Part shown: positions 52,298 through 61,909 of the stretch, piece after piece
Numbering within the stretch: the first letter of the stretch is position 1
How the letters are laid out: the number at the start of each line of letters is the position of its first letter
Origin: Ignavibacteriota bacterium
Lineage (GTDB): Bacteria > Bacteroidota > Ignavibacteria > UBA10030
Direction of reading: 5' to 3'
Assembly: GCA_963701295.1 (NCBI GenBank)
Contig: OY969585.1
Coordinates: forward strand, 1,088,001 to 1,152,000
DNA length: 64,000 nt
Made by a program: the position numbers and the translations under genes
Notes under the pieces: generated by a model
Told to the model about the DNA's origin: nothing
The model's database searches: none
What the model saw: only the letters and a program-made list of their open reading frames with translations

Positions 52298-52993
52298 ATG
52301 AATATCAAGGATAAAGTTGTACTCATGACCGGCGCTTCCAGCGGTATCGGAAAAGCTACTGCCGAGTTGTTTATCAGGAAAGGTGCGAAAGTTGTGCTAG
52401 CGGCACGATCTCTTGAAGAAGTGAAAGAACTTGCAGCAAAAATGCCGGACTCTCTTGCCGTGGCTGTGGATATGACGAAACCACAGGAAATACAACAAAT
52501 GGTGCAGCAGACCCAAGCATATTACGGCCGAATCGATGTTCTCATTAATACTGCAGGTCAAGAATTGAATACGTCACTTGAACCTATTGACGTGGATGAT
52601 TTCGCCCGGCTTATGACTTCGGATGTTTACGGGCCACTCGTTGCTATGCAGACAACCATTCCGTTAATGAAACAACAGGGCGGTGGAGCGATCGTAAATA
52701 TCAGTTCAGGAGTGTTGCAAACAGCACGATCGACCTCGCAACAAACTGCATCTTCAAAGTCAGTATTGAATATGAATTCGCTGAATACACGAACTGAATA
52801 TACTGATCAAGGTATCAGTGTATCTCTTGTCTATCCTCGGGAGCCGGAAGCAGGTATTCATAAGCCTTCGAAACGGCACAAGGTAACACACACGAAGCGC
52901 CAGACTCATATACATAAGCTTGATTCAGTGGAAGCGATTGCGGCAAAGATCGTCGAAACAATAGAAAAGGGAATAGCTGTAGAATTCTTTTGA
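52298..52993 (+). CDS. SDR oxidoreductase with a degenerate catalytic motif
   Basis: TGASSGIG, INTAG, NISS; YxxxK replaced by TASSK. Confidence 0.75.
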   Translation: MNIKDKVVLMTGASSGIGKATAELFIRKGAKVVLAARSLEEVKELAAKMPDSLAVAVDMTKPQEIQQMVQQTQAYYGRIDVLINTAGQELNTSLEPIDVDDFARLMTSDVYGPLVAMQTTIPLMKQQGGGAIVNISSGVLQTARSTSQQTASSKSVLNMNSLNTRTEYTDQGISVSLVYPREPEAGIHKPSKRHKVTHTKRQTHIHKLDSVEAIAAKIVETIEKGIAVEFF

Positions 52994-53151
52994 AACCGCT
53001 GCACTGAATTTCTTACCACGCCCTCTTTACTATAACGAGAAGCTTGATATTTGATTGAGCAAAAGGTAGATTATTCTCGTTCGTACACTTCCGATATGTA
53101 TTCTTTGGCGAGATATTAGTATTGCGATAGAGAATATCACCCATCCTTGCA

Positions 53152-55155
53152 ATGGATAGCAAATTGAGATCCTATTATCTCGAGATGATAAATTTCCGAA
53201 TAATTCTTTCCATGATATGGATTATGTATTCAGGGGCGTCTGCACAAACGTCTTCTGATTCCGAATATAAGCAAAAACAGTTTTTACAAAAGCTTGCGAA
53301 TGAAAAGGCCGTCGTACAACGACAACAGTTGTTTGCAGAAACAGCGGCAAGTGTATGGTTTGATGTTACGTATTATCGCCTCGATTTAAATATCAGGACG
53401 TCGTCAAGTTATCTTCAAGGGAAGGTCACCATAACGGGAATATGTCGTACAGACAGCACACGTTCTCTCACGCTCGATCTTGTGGATCAAATGCATGTGG
53501 ATTCGGTGCTCGTGGATGGCCGAATCAGCCTTTTCGCTCAAAACAAAAGTTCCTTTGATATAACGCTCGCTCATTCTTATATGTTCGCGGAAACTCTTTC
53601 GATCGATGTTTTTTACGAAGGTGTACCGATTGCGACAGGACTCGGAAGTTTCTTTTTTGACTCTCATGCAGGCGTACCATGGGTGTATTCGCTGAGCGAA
53701 CCGTATGGAGCAAAAGATTGGTGGCCTTGTAAAGATGATCCAAGTGATAAAGCGGACTCTGCCGATATCATTGTCACATGCGATTCAAATTTGAAAGTTG
53801 GTTCGGAAGGCATTCTTGTCTCGGTAATCGATAATGGCAACGGAACCTCGACATACCATTGGAAAGAGCGATATCCCATCGCTTCCTATCTGATCTCAAT
53901 TGCAATCACGAATTACACTCAGTTTTCCAACTGGTTTCGGTATTCAAAGACGGATTCCATGGAAGTGCTGAACTACGTTCTTCCCGAACATTATAATGAT
54001 GCAATCCAATCTCTTCCGCGAGTGATCGACATGCTGGCAATTTATTCGAACCTTTTCGGCCTGTATCCTTTCATCAAAGAAAAATACGGCCATGCAGAAT
54101 TTGGAAGAGGCGGGGCGATGGAGCATCAAACCATGACTTCTACAACAACATTTGAAGAGAATACCATTGCACATGAACTTGCTCATCAGTGGTTTGGAGA
54201 TATGATTACATGCCGGTCATGGTCGGAACTCTGGTTAAATGAAGGTTTTGCACAATACTCCACAGCGCTCTATCTTGAACGGCGCTACGGCATCGATTCA
54301 TATTGGGCATATATGAATCCGCAATTTGATCAAGCTCAGACCACGCACAGTGTGCTTGGAAATCCCGACACAACCAATGTTCTCAATCTTTTTAATTCAG
54401 CCCTTGTCTATTCGAAAGGGGCTTCTGTATTGCATATGCTTCGCCATGTTTTGGGAGATAGTATTTTTTTCCATTCTCTCCGTGCGTATGCAAACAGTCC
54501 GGCGTTACAATATAGTACAGCGACCACGAGAGATTTTCAATCAATCTGTGAAAACGTTTCAGGAAAAAATCTCAATTACTTCTTTCAGGAATGGATTTAT
54601 GGTGAAGAGTATCCGGTGTATAACTATTCCTGGACTTGGAAATCTTTGGGTGATTCCTCTGTGATCATTTTGGATATCGGACAAATAAGCGGCCGAAGTA
54701 ATCCCGTATTCTTCACTATGCCTATCGATATTCGGATCACGACAGCCGGACGGGATACGACGCTCACCGTGTTGAACGATTTACAGCAACAGAGATTTGT
54801 TATCAAGAGTACTGACAAACCTTCTGCAGTGCTTCTTGATCCCGATAAATGGATTCTGAAGTTTGTAAATTCTGACAACGATCTGCTGCCATCGGAATAT
54901 ATATTGGAACAAAACTATCCCAACCCTTTCAATTCGACAACGAATATTGTTTACTGGCTTCAGCGGCAGGGAGAGGTTACTCTGAAAATCTACGATGTTC
55001 TCGGACGCGAGATCACAACGCTTGTGAACGCTCGACAAACTCCAGGAGTGTACGAGTACCAATGGACGCCTCTCACCTGTGCGAGCGGAATATATTTTTA
55101 TCGCCTCATTGCCGGAAATGTGTACCTGCAGAAAAAGATGATACTTCTTAGATAA
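53152..55155 (+). CDS. M1 aminopeptidase with a T9SS type A C-terminal sorting domain
   Basis: GAMEHQ, HELAHQWFG..WLNEGFA, QNYPNPFN...KKMILLR. Confidence 0.9.
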   Translation: MDSKLRSYYLEMINFRIILSMIWIMYSGASAQTSSDSEYKQKQFLQKLANEKAVVQRQQLFAETAASVWFDVTYYRLDLNIRTSSSYLQGKVTITGICRTDSTRSLTLDLVDQMHVDSVLVDGRISLFAQNKSSFDITLAHSYMFAETLSIDVFYEGVPIATGLGSFFFDSHAGVPWVYSLSEPYGAKDWWPCKDDPSDKADSADIIVTCDSNLKVGSEGILVSVIDNGNGTSTYHWKERYPIASYLISIAITNYTQFSNWFRYSKTDSMEVLNYVLPEHYNDAIQSLPRVIDMLAIYSNLFGLYPFIKEKYGHAEFGRGGAMEHQTMTSTTTFEENTIAHELAHQWFGDMITCRSWSELWLNEGFAQYSTALYLERRYGIDSYWAYMNPQFDQAQTTHSVLGNPDTTNVLNLFNSALVYSKGASVLHMLRHVLGDSIFFHSLRAYANSPALQYSTATTRDFQSICENVSGKNLNYFFQEWIYGEEYPVYNYSWTWKSLGDSSVIILDIGQISGRSNPVFFTMPIDIRITTAGRDTTLTVLNDLQQQRFVIKSTDKPSAVLLDPDKWILKFVNSDNDLLPSEYILEQNYPNPFNSTTNIVYWLQRQGEVTLKIYDVLGREITTLVNARQTPGVYEYQWTPLTCASGIYFYRLIAGNVYLQKKMILLR

Positions 55156-55359
55156 GGTTTTATAGAAAGTCAGGCATCTTCTTCAAGTTGAAATTTGAAT
55201 GAACAATAAGTAGATTGATCTTGGTTCATGGACTTACGCATTCAACAATAAAGGGAATGTTCTGGTTTTACAAAGAATATAGAGAAGAGAAAATATTTGC
55301 AGCAGGTTGTCTGCCCTTGTTTTTAAAGCTGTCACACTGATAAAGAGGAGGGAGTATCT

Positions 55360-56265
55360 ATGAAGATACTACGGCTCATCTTCTGGTCTTTTCTGTTTTC
55401 TGCCTTGGCACTTACTCTGAGCGATCAAGTTCTCTATAGATTTTGGCTTGTTCCTCAGCTTTCATCGCTCCAACAGGTTCCCTTTTATAGTTTTTTACTT
55501 GTTTTTTCCCCGATGGTGCTCGTCGTCATATTCTTTGGATGGATGCTCACATCGTGGAAACAGGTATGTCTTATCGCGTTCATTGTCGCATTGAGCCATC
55601 AGATCCATGATTCTCTCTGTATGTCTCTCGGGTCTCCGGGGTATTTCATGAGTTATGCGCCGGAAAATCCCTACACCTTTTGGCTTCTTCGTTCATTCTT
55701 GATGCTCTGCGTGTATGTGGCTGCGTTCAGTATCGTGTGGTACAGCAAAGTTGTTCTACAAAAAACATTTACCCGTCTTTCTTCTCGTCCTGTCTCACAT
55801 AGTAATCACGAGGAAATGGCGGCGCGTATAAACGATAATAAAAATGAGGATCGTATGCCTGCGAGAATTACATATCATGTTGTACCGGATCCGAGCGGCT
55901 GGCTTGTAAAAAAAGGAAGGGCAAAAAAAGCAAGCAGTGCTCATTCGACAAAAGAGGAAGCTCTGCGCGCTGCGAGCGATGTGGCAAAAAGTCATCCGCT
56001 GTCGCAGGTTGTCGTTCATAAGGCGTCCGGCGTTATTGAATCTGATCGAACCTTTGAATACAGGCACTACAAGAAGAAAAAAAAGAAAAAAGAAATCGGC
56101 AGAAAAATCAAAAAAGGATTGAAGCGAAATAAGCGGAAAGAAAGCGAACAACGCCTGCGGCGGCGAAAGGCGGCGCAGTTAGGAATTGCACGCTTGAAAA
56201 GAAAACGATATCTGCGGCGTCAAGCGGCAAAAAAGGGGGCACAGAAAAGAAAAAATAAGCGATAG
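55360..56265 (+). CDS. 4-TM domain fused in frame to a DUF2188-like domain and an extremely basic tail
   Basis: YHVVPDPSGWLVKK...TKEEA...VVHKASGVIE; internal SD and ATG at 55855. Confidence 0.65.
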   Translation: MKILRLIFWSFLFSALALTLSDQVLYRFWLVPQLSSLQQVPFYSFLLVFSPMVLVVIFFGWMLTSWKQVCLIAFIVALSHQIHDSLCMSLGSPGYFMSYAPENPYTFWLLRSFLMLCVYVAAFSIVWYSKVVLQKTFTRLSSRPVSHSNHEEMAARINDNKNEDRMPARITYHVVPDPSGWLVKKGRAKKASSAHSTKEEALRAASDVAKSHPLSQVVVHKASGVIESDRTFEYRHYKKKKKKKEIGRKIKKGLKRNKRKESEQRLRRRKAAQLGIARLKRKRYLRRQAAKKGAQKRKNKR

Positions 56266-56275
56266 GGATTTCCTT

Positions 56276-57031
56276 ATGTATTCCAATAAATTCTATATGC
56301 CGCACCGTGTGGTTTTGATTTTTGTATGCTGTATCGTATCGTCATGTCTTTTTCAGAGAACGGGGAAAGATCAGGCAAATTCTTCACCGCTGTTGTCTGC
56401 AGGACAATCGGAAGAAGATCATGCCCGGCTTGACACTGTTTTTAAGGCGGCGTACCGCGCATTTGAACAAAAAGAATATATTCGTGCCATTGAATTATTT
56501 AAACGGCACAATGAACTCAATACCGCACTCATGAATTATGAAAGCTATGCATTTATGGCTGAATGCTATCATCGGATGGATCAAAAGGAACAAGGGGAGC
56601 GTATCTACACGGAAGCCCTCCTGAAGAACTCGCAGCGGCCGAAAGATATGAACACAATATATTTTTCAACATTGAGGTCGGAAGAGCTTGACTCATGGAA
56701 ATCGAAGTATCCTTCTTTTCCTGCAGTTCTCAAGAAGGAAAACGGTTTTCTTCCGTATGACGAGTGGCCGGTTGCTGTCTATAAGAAGGCGCCTGTGTAT
56801 CCGGATTCGGCATTACGCAGCGGCATGGAAGGAGATGTTTTTGTCAAAGCGTTAATCGATGAATACGGCAATGTGGTCAGCGTTTCATTTCTGAAATCGA
56901 CTGAAAAAATCTTCGAAGTTCCCGCCCTCAATGCAGTGGAACAATGGAAATTTTCTCCGTTTAAGAAAAAAGGCATGCCAATAAAAATGGAGATTACCGT
57001 ACCGGTGAAATTTAGAATATCACGATCGTAG
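56276..57031 (+). CDS. TPR + TonB C-terminal domain protein (possible lipoprotein)
   Basis: PVYPDSALRSGMEGDVFVKALIDEYG..WKFSP..VPVKF. Confidence 0.8.
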   Translation: MYSNKFYMPHRVVLIFVCCIVSSCLFQRTGKDQANSSPLLSAGQSEEDHARLDTVFKAAYRAFEQKEYIRAIELFKRHNELNTALMNYESYAFMAECYHRMDQKEQGERIYTEALLKNSQRPKDMNTIYFSTLRSEELDSWKSKYPSFPAVLKKENGFLPYDEWPVAVYKKAPVYPDSALRSGMEGDVFVKALIDEYGNVVSVSFLKSTEKIFEVPALNAVEQWKFSPFKKKGMPIKMEITVPVKFRISRS

Positions 57032-57178
57032 CAATCTGCGCTTCAATACTTAAGCATACGATTGTACAGGGTATTGACTCATCTCGTTTTTCTTGTTTAC
57101 TGGGGTTACGTAAAGATGAAAAGAACAACTGTCAGTCCCTCGCGTTTTTTAGGAAGAATCTTACAAAAGAAAGTCGCT

Positions 57179-57206
57179 TGAAAAATATTTTTCATGCCTA
57201 TTGACA
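57179..57206 (+). promoter_or_regulatory. 16-bp palindrome next to TTGACA at the start of the island
   Basis: TGAAAAATATTTTTCA (57179-57194); TTGACA 57201-57206. Confidence 0.4.
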
Positions 57207-57458
57207 AATAAATAAAAAAGTACCATGTTGTTCCAGCAATGGTTATACTATGACGAGATAGTACTATTTGCTGACGCCAAATATTTCATTTTATTTCAAT
57301 TCAATTTACTCTATTTATTATTGGAAGAGAATAGAAAATCCTGAGAGATTTAGATGGGTAAAGTGGTATAACAAATACAGCGCCTTATAACTTCTTGGAT
57401 TTCATATTTGTGATTTTTTGTTCCCTTTGTATAAAAGCAGACCATAAGTATTGTTTTT

Positions 57459-58028
57459 ATGAAAGAATCGTTTCCCAAAGCAATATTCTCGCGAAAACGG
57501 ATCGCTTTAATAATAGTATTTTTAATTATTACAATATTCGTTATAGGCTATTTATACCTTCAAAGCCAATTCGATTTTCCTCCTCCTATCATAGGAGAAA
57601 AAATGTCGCCAGCGATAGTACAAACACTTGATGGTAAAAATGTATCTATTTATTCATTCCTTGTAAAAAAAAGTATCGTAATGTTCTTTTGGACAGATTG
57701 TTCTCATTGTAAGAATGAAATAACCGATATACTTTCGTTGTATCCTGTTTTGAAAGATTCAATGAATATCGTTGGTATTTCATTTAGTGGTAAAGAACAA
57801 ACTGTTGACTTCATTATAACATCGGGAATTAAATTTCCCGTATTCCGTGATGTGAACTGGGAAGCCAAAAATAGTTTTCATGCAAATGTAACTCCATCGA
57901 TATTTTTTGTAGATTCAAGACAGCGATTAGTAAAGTATAAATTTGGAGAGCAAAGTAAAAAGCAATTGGGTGCAATGTTGCTTTGGTTTGCTAATATAAC
58001 TCCGGATTCAACACTTAAACAATTATGA
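57459..58028 (+). CDS. Membrane-anchored TlpA/ResA-like thioredoxin
   Basis: N-terminal TM; FFWTDCSHC; cis-Pro VTPS. Confidence 0.85.
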   Translation: MKESFPKAIFSRKRIALIIVFLIITIFVIGYLYLQSQFDFPPPIIGEKMSPAIVQTLDGKNVSIYSFLVKKSIVMFFWTDCSHCKNEITDILSLYPVLKDSMNIVGISFSGKEQTVDFIITSGIKFPVFRDVNWEAKNSFHANVTPSIFFVDSRQRLVKYKFGEQSKKQLGAMLLWFANITPDSTLKQL

Positions 58029-58561
58029 AGCAGAAAAAAATAATTGCCGCAATAGTTTTAATCGCAAGTGTTGCCGGGCTCAGTGCAATCTGCTGGTTTT
58101 TACAAAAGCCGCATGCAGATAGAATACTCTCAGCTTGGATGATAAATGCGGAATACATTGGCGACGACGGTATTGTCATGCAAACAAAGCACAATAGCTG
58201 CGGGCCCAGCGCTCTGAAAATGATATTTGATCACTACAATATTTCTTCCTCGCTGAAAGAGATTGAGCAGAGTGTCAATCTTACCCAAAAAGGTTCGTCA
58301 ATGCTTGCATTGAAGGAAATGGCAGAACTGAGAGGATTAAAAGCAGAAGGATGGCGCTTCACGTTGGAAGATTTTCTGCGTTCCTCATTTCCATCGATTC
58401 TCTATGTGAATAAGGATCACTACATCGTTGCGGATAGCGTATCTGTGGATGGTAATGTATATGTTTGCGATCCTGCTATTGGCAAACTTCGGATATCTAA
58501 GGAAAAGCTCAATAAAATTTGGGGGGGGGCGAAACGTTGGTGTTTGAGAAAAAGTAAATAG
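58025..58561 (+). CDS. Stand-alone C39 cysteine peptidase with an N-terminal signal/anchor
   Basis: QTKHNSCGPSAL (Gln/Cys), DHYIV (His), CDPAIG (Asp); no ABC domain. Confidence 0.88.
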   Translation: MKQKKIIAAIVLIASVAGLSAICWFLQKPHADRILSAWMINAEYIGDDGIVMQTKHNSCGPSALKMIFDHYNISSSLKEIEQSVNLTQKGSSMLALKEMAELRGLKAEGWRFTLEDFLRSSFPSILYVNKDHYIVADSVSVDGNVYVCDPAIGKLRISKEKLNKIWGGAKRWCLRKSK

Positions 58562-58627
58562 TGAATAGTAAATAGTAAATAGAAATAGGAGATCTAAAAT
58601 CGTAAATTGGCAATCGTAAGTCGGAAA
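58552..58627 (+). repeat. Degenerate 7-mer tandem array
   Basis: aagtaaa tagtgaa tagtaaa tagtaaa ... tcgtaaa ttggcaa tcgtaag tcggaaa. Confidence 0.65.
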
Positions 58628-58642
58628 TTAAGTATAACTCCT

Positions 58643-58742
58643 TGCTCACTGGTTTGTTCATTGCGAATGAAGAAGAAGCACTTGGTTGGCCCCCTTAGAG
58701 CTGAATTGGAATTCGCTGTGAAGAAACGGGCCACAGTGAGCA
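58643..58742 (+). ncRNA. Predicted structured leader RNA (three-way junction) upstream of the peptide gene
   Basis: Stems TGCTCACTG/CAGTGAGCA, TTCATT/AATGAA and TGGCCC/GGGCCA, the last enclosing GAATT/AATTC. Confidence 0.5.
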
Positions 58743-58788
58743 GAAAATAATAAACTAACAATAAACAAATAACATAAAGGAGGTACAT

Positions 58789-58935
58789 ATGAGTGCAGGA
58801 TGTTGGTGGGCTGTAGCAGGAATGGGTGTTGCTATGATGGGTGCCTGTGCTATTACAGGTGGCTTGTCAGCAATCGTTTGGGGCGCTAGTTTGTTGACCT
58901 CAACAGGAGGTCTTATTTCTGGTTGCGGTGGTTAA
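58789..58935 (+). CDS. 48-aa hydrophobic Cys/Gly-rich putative precursor peptide (not in ORF track)
   Basis: SD AAGGAGGT 58777-58784; MSAGCWWAVAGMGVAMMGACAITGGLSAIVWGASLLTSTGGLISGCGG*. Confidence 0.85.
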   Translation: MSAGCWWAVAGMGVAMMGACAITGGLSAIVWGASLLTSTGGLISGCGG

Positions 58936-58946
58936 TCTCAATAGTT

Positions 58947-58977
58947 CTGTTGGGCGGGATGAATTCCCGCTCAACAG
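58947..58977 (+). terminator. Strong hairpin after the peptide gene (partial terminator or mRNA stabiliser)
   Basis: CTGTTGGGCGGGA / TCCCGCTCAACAG; no long U tract. Confidence 0.7.
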
Positions 58978-59005
58978 TTCAAACATCATTTCTAGAGGAA
59001 ATGAA

Positions 59006-59758
59006 ATGTATAATTTTAAAATATTGAAAATTATTTATGAGTTAAACACAACTCTTTCGAAGCGTGTAAAAAAGTTTGAGTGGTTTTATATCACTTTAAT
59101 TGGTTTTGCCTGCCTCTTCCTTGGAGTGATAATTGGAGTTCCGTTATTTACAAAATTGGTGAAATTTCGGGACGAAATGGACTTCAAAAATGCATTAAAT
59201 TTTATCCCAATTTTAGTTCTCCTAATTGATCTCATCCCAACGATATTGCGCTATCAGTATAAAACACTTATCGAGAAACGTCATTTAAGTATTTTCCCTA
59301 TAAAAAGATTGCACACACTTTGGTTTCATTATTTTCTCTGGCTCTCTGATATTAAAAATGCTACTTATATCGTTTGTTTATTATCATTTCAAATATATTT
59401 CCTTGCTCTGTCTATGTTTATTGGTGCTCTTTTGAGTTCATTGTTATGGTTGTTTTTCTTTCTAACAGTAATAACTGGATATCTCATTTTATTTGAATTG
59501 TATAGTGACGTCTTAATGAAATATCGACAACACGCAATAAGCTTTTTTTTTCTTCTGTTAATCTTGGTGAATGCTATAAGAATTATCGGTCGTGAAGACT
59601 TTTATTCCTCTATTCCAATCACTAGCTTTGTGGGAAACGGGCTCTATGCGCTTTCTGTCGGAAACTTTTCTGTTGCTTCATGGAATCTCTTGCTACTATT
59701 ATCCTCGTTTTCTATAGGCGTGTCACTTCTTATCTTCTTAAACCCTAAGAGACGATGA
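59006..59758 (+). CDS. Multi-TM protein, putative ABC permease or immunity subunit
   Basis: About 6 TMs; coupled in an operon to the ABC ATPase. Confidence 0.65.
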   Translation: MYNFKILKIIYELNTTLSKRVKKFEWFYITLIGFACLFLGVIIGVPLFTKLVKFRDEMDFKNALNFIPILVLLIDLIPTILRYQYKTLIEKRHLSIFPIKRLHTLWFHYFLWLSDIKNATYIVCLLSFQIYFLALSMFIGALLSSLLWLFFFLTVITGYLILFELYSDVLMKYRQHAISFFFLLLILVNAIRIIGREDFYSSIPITSFVGNGLYALSVGNFSVASWNLLLLLSSFSIGVSLLIFLNPKRR

Positions 59759-60426
59759 CTTATTATCGGTTTATTCTTTTGTTAATAACTCAATTCAAAT
59801 TATTGAATCGCTATTTAAGGATTCCGGTGCTATTTATTCTACTTTTTCTTTATACATTTGCTTTTGCTTTTCTAAAACATGCTTTTGGTAAACCTATTCA
59901 TCTTCCATTCGTAACGATGATTATTAATATTTTATTCATCGGTTTTCTTTTCAGTGAATATTTCATAGCAGGTGTTAATGAAAAGATATTCTACGCAATC
60001 TTTTCATCAAAAATAAGAAATATAGTATTAACGAATAATGTCGCTTTAATGATTATTATTTGGATTTTGCCAATACCAATATTTATCATCGAACTTATTT
60101 ATTTCTCATCAACATGGCATGAAATATATGATGCCTTGCAGTATGTAGTTATAACAACGCCTGGTTATGTTTATCTATTAGACATATTTTCTACATCTAT
60201 AAAAAAACCAACACGATATATTTCTACGTTTGTACAAATGTTTCTTCAAGTAATCAATATTCTTCTTGCATCTACTCCGTACGCAATATTGCACTTATGG
60301 AGCACATCTAATATCCTTTATATAATTGTCTGTCTGTTCATATTTTGTTTTTGGTACTTTTATGGAGTTACAAGTATTGTCAACTATTTTCGTCAGAGTA
60401 TAATCGGAGCTATTCAAAACCAATGA
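59755..60426 (+). CDS. Multi-TM protein, putative ABC permease subunit
   Basis: About 6 TMs; ATGA overlaps at both ends. Confidence 0.65.
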   Translation: MTYYRFILLLITQFKLLNRYLRIPVLFILLFLYTFAFAFLKHAFGKPIHLPFVTMIINILFIGFLFSEYFIAGVNEKIFYAIFSSKIRNIVLTNNVALMIIIWILPIPIFIIELIYFSSTWHEIYDALQYVVITTPGYVYLLDIFSTSIKKPTRYISTFVQMFLQVINILLASTPYAILHLWSTSNILYIIVCLFIFCFWYFYGVTSIVNYFRQSIIGAIQNQ

Positions 60427-61208
60427 ATGCGATTGAAATACAAGACCTACAAAAAACCTATAAGAATAAGGTAATTGCATTAAATTCATTGAATCTTAAT
60501 GTTCCAAAATCTTGTATTTTAGGATTGCTTGGTCTAAACGGTGCTGGAAAATCTACAACCATCAACATACTCGCAGGTATTTTACAGAAAACTGATGGAC
60601 GTATTCTCATTTATGACAAAGAGATTAATGATGATGAGTATGAATACAAGAGTTACACTGGATTTGTGCTCGAGCGACCACACTATTTTGAAAAGCTCTC
60701 CGTAGAAGAGTACTTAGAATTTGTCGGTGCGATGTATGGTCTTGATGTTCACGAAATAAAAAAGCGGACAAATGAGTTACTTGAGTTACTTGAACTTCAA
60801 AGTAATAGGAGGCAATGGATTGAAACTTATTCAGCCGGAATGAAGAAAAAAGTTTCGCTTGCCGCTGCGATCATCCACAATCCCCAATTGTTAATTCTTG
60901 ACGAGCCGCTGGAGGGAATAGATCCAATCTCAGTAAAGCGAATTAAAGATATTCTGAAACTAATGGTACAAAACGGTGCAGCGATATTAATAACTTCTCA
61001 TGTTCTTGATACAATAGAAAAAATTTGCGATGAAATTGCAATAATAAATAAAGGAGAAATCATCTTTCGATCAAAAACTGAAGAGATTCGAGCTAGAATT
61101 AAAAACGAATTTACTCATGAAACCTATCAATCATTGGAAGAAATATTCATCGATGTCGTTAATAATAAGAATGGAGAAAAGCCGAAAGGAAGATTATCAT
61201 GGCTATAG
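60423..61208 (+). CDS. ABC transporter ATP-binding protein (exporter type)
   Basis: GLNGAGKST, YSAGMKK, ILDEP, TSH. Confidence 0.95.
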   Translation: MNAIEIQDLQKTYKNKVIALNSLNLNVPKSCILGLLGLNGAGKSTTINILAGILQKTDGRILIYDKEINDDEYEYKSYTGFVLERPHYFEKLSVEEYLEFVGAMYGLDVHEIKKRTNELLELLELQSNRRQWIETYSAGMKKKVSLAAAIIHNPQLLILDEPLEGIDPISVKRIKDILKLMVQNGAAILITSHVLDTIEKICDEIAIINKGEIIFRSKTEEIRARIKNEFTHETYQSLEEIFIDVVNNKNGEKPKGRLSWL

Positions 61209-61909
61209 CACTATCCAATATTGTAAATATATTTGCAATCCCGAATGATGTTTTTCAAAACATTAAAACAAGCCCGAAATGGCTTATAGCATTTTTATTT
61301 ATGTTTATTGTAAGCGCAACCTGTGGATATTTTATGGAACCATTCACACAAAAAGTTATGGAACACACTCTTTCCGCTAAAATGAGCGATGAGCAAGTTC
61401 GGCAAACTTTGGATGTGGCTTCAAGATTTCATTTTCTTTTGCTTTTGTTCTCTGCTGTTCCATTATTTGCAAAATGGCTGTTTATTTCGTTATTCCTATA
61501 TTTGGGTGCAATTCTATTGAATGCAGAAAAAACGAATTTTAGAAATATTTATTCAGCCGTAGTTCATTCAGAACTTATTTTATTGCTCATGCTTATGTTG
61601 AATGTCCTTATTTTGCATGTTAAAGGAGTAGAGTCAGTAAATAATATAACAGATCTTAACGCAATTATTGGATTAGAATACTTTCTTGGAGATAAAATAC
61701 ACAATATACCTTTGTACACTTTCCTTAATAACTTCAATGTCTTTTCGATTTGGTATCTTGTCATCCTCATAATCGGCATATCGGTTATTTGCCAAATAGA
61801 AAAATGGAAATCTGCAATATTAGTCTCATCAGTGTTGTTGCTGGGTGTAGGTGTCCAAGTTGCTTTTGTTTCCTTGTCCGAAAATATGCAGCATATGATG
61901 GGGAGTTGA
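61199..61909 (+). CDS. Yip1 domain membrane protein
   Basis: IFAIPNDVFQNIKTSPKW...NVFSIWYLVILIIG; 5 TMs. Confidence 0.8.
   Translation: MAIALSNIVNIFAIPNDVFQNIKTSPKWLIAFLFMFIVSATCGYFMEPFTQKVMEHTLSAKMSDEQVRQTLDVASRFHFLLLLFSAVPLFAKWLFISLFLYLGAILLNAEKTNFRNIYSAVVHSELILLLMLMLNVLILHVKGVESVNNITDLNAIIGLEYFLGDKIHNIPLYTFLNNFNVFSIWYLVILIIGISVICQIEKWKSAILVSSVLLLGVGVQVAFVSLSENMQHMMGS

Noticed and set aside
58594-58788. 64-aa minus-strand ORF
   Set aside because: Antisense to the structured leader, opposite to the whole cluster, and without recognisable motifs.
58789-58935. The peptide as a conventional lipoprotein (MGAC or ISGC lipobox-like)
   Set aside because: No basic n-region, and ISGC would leave only a 3-residue product; not fully excluded.
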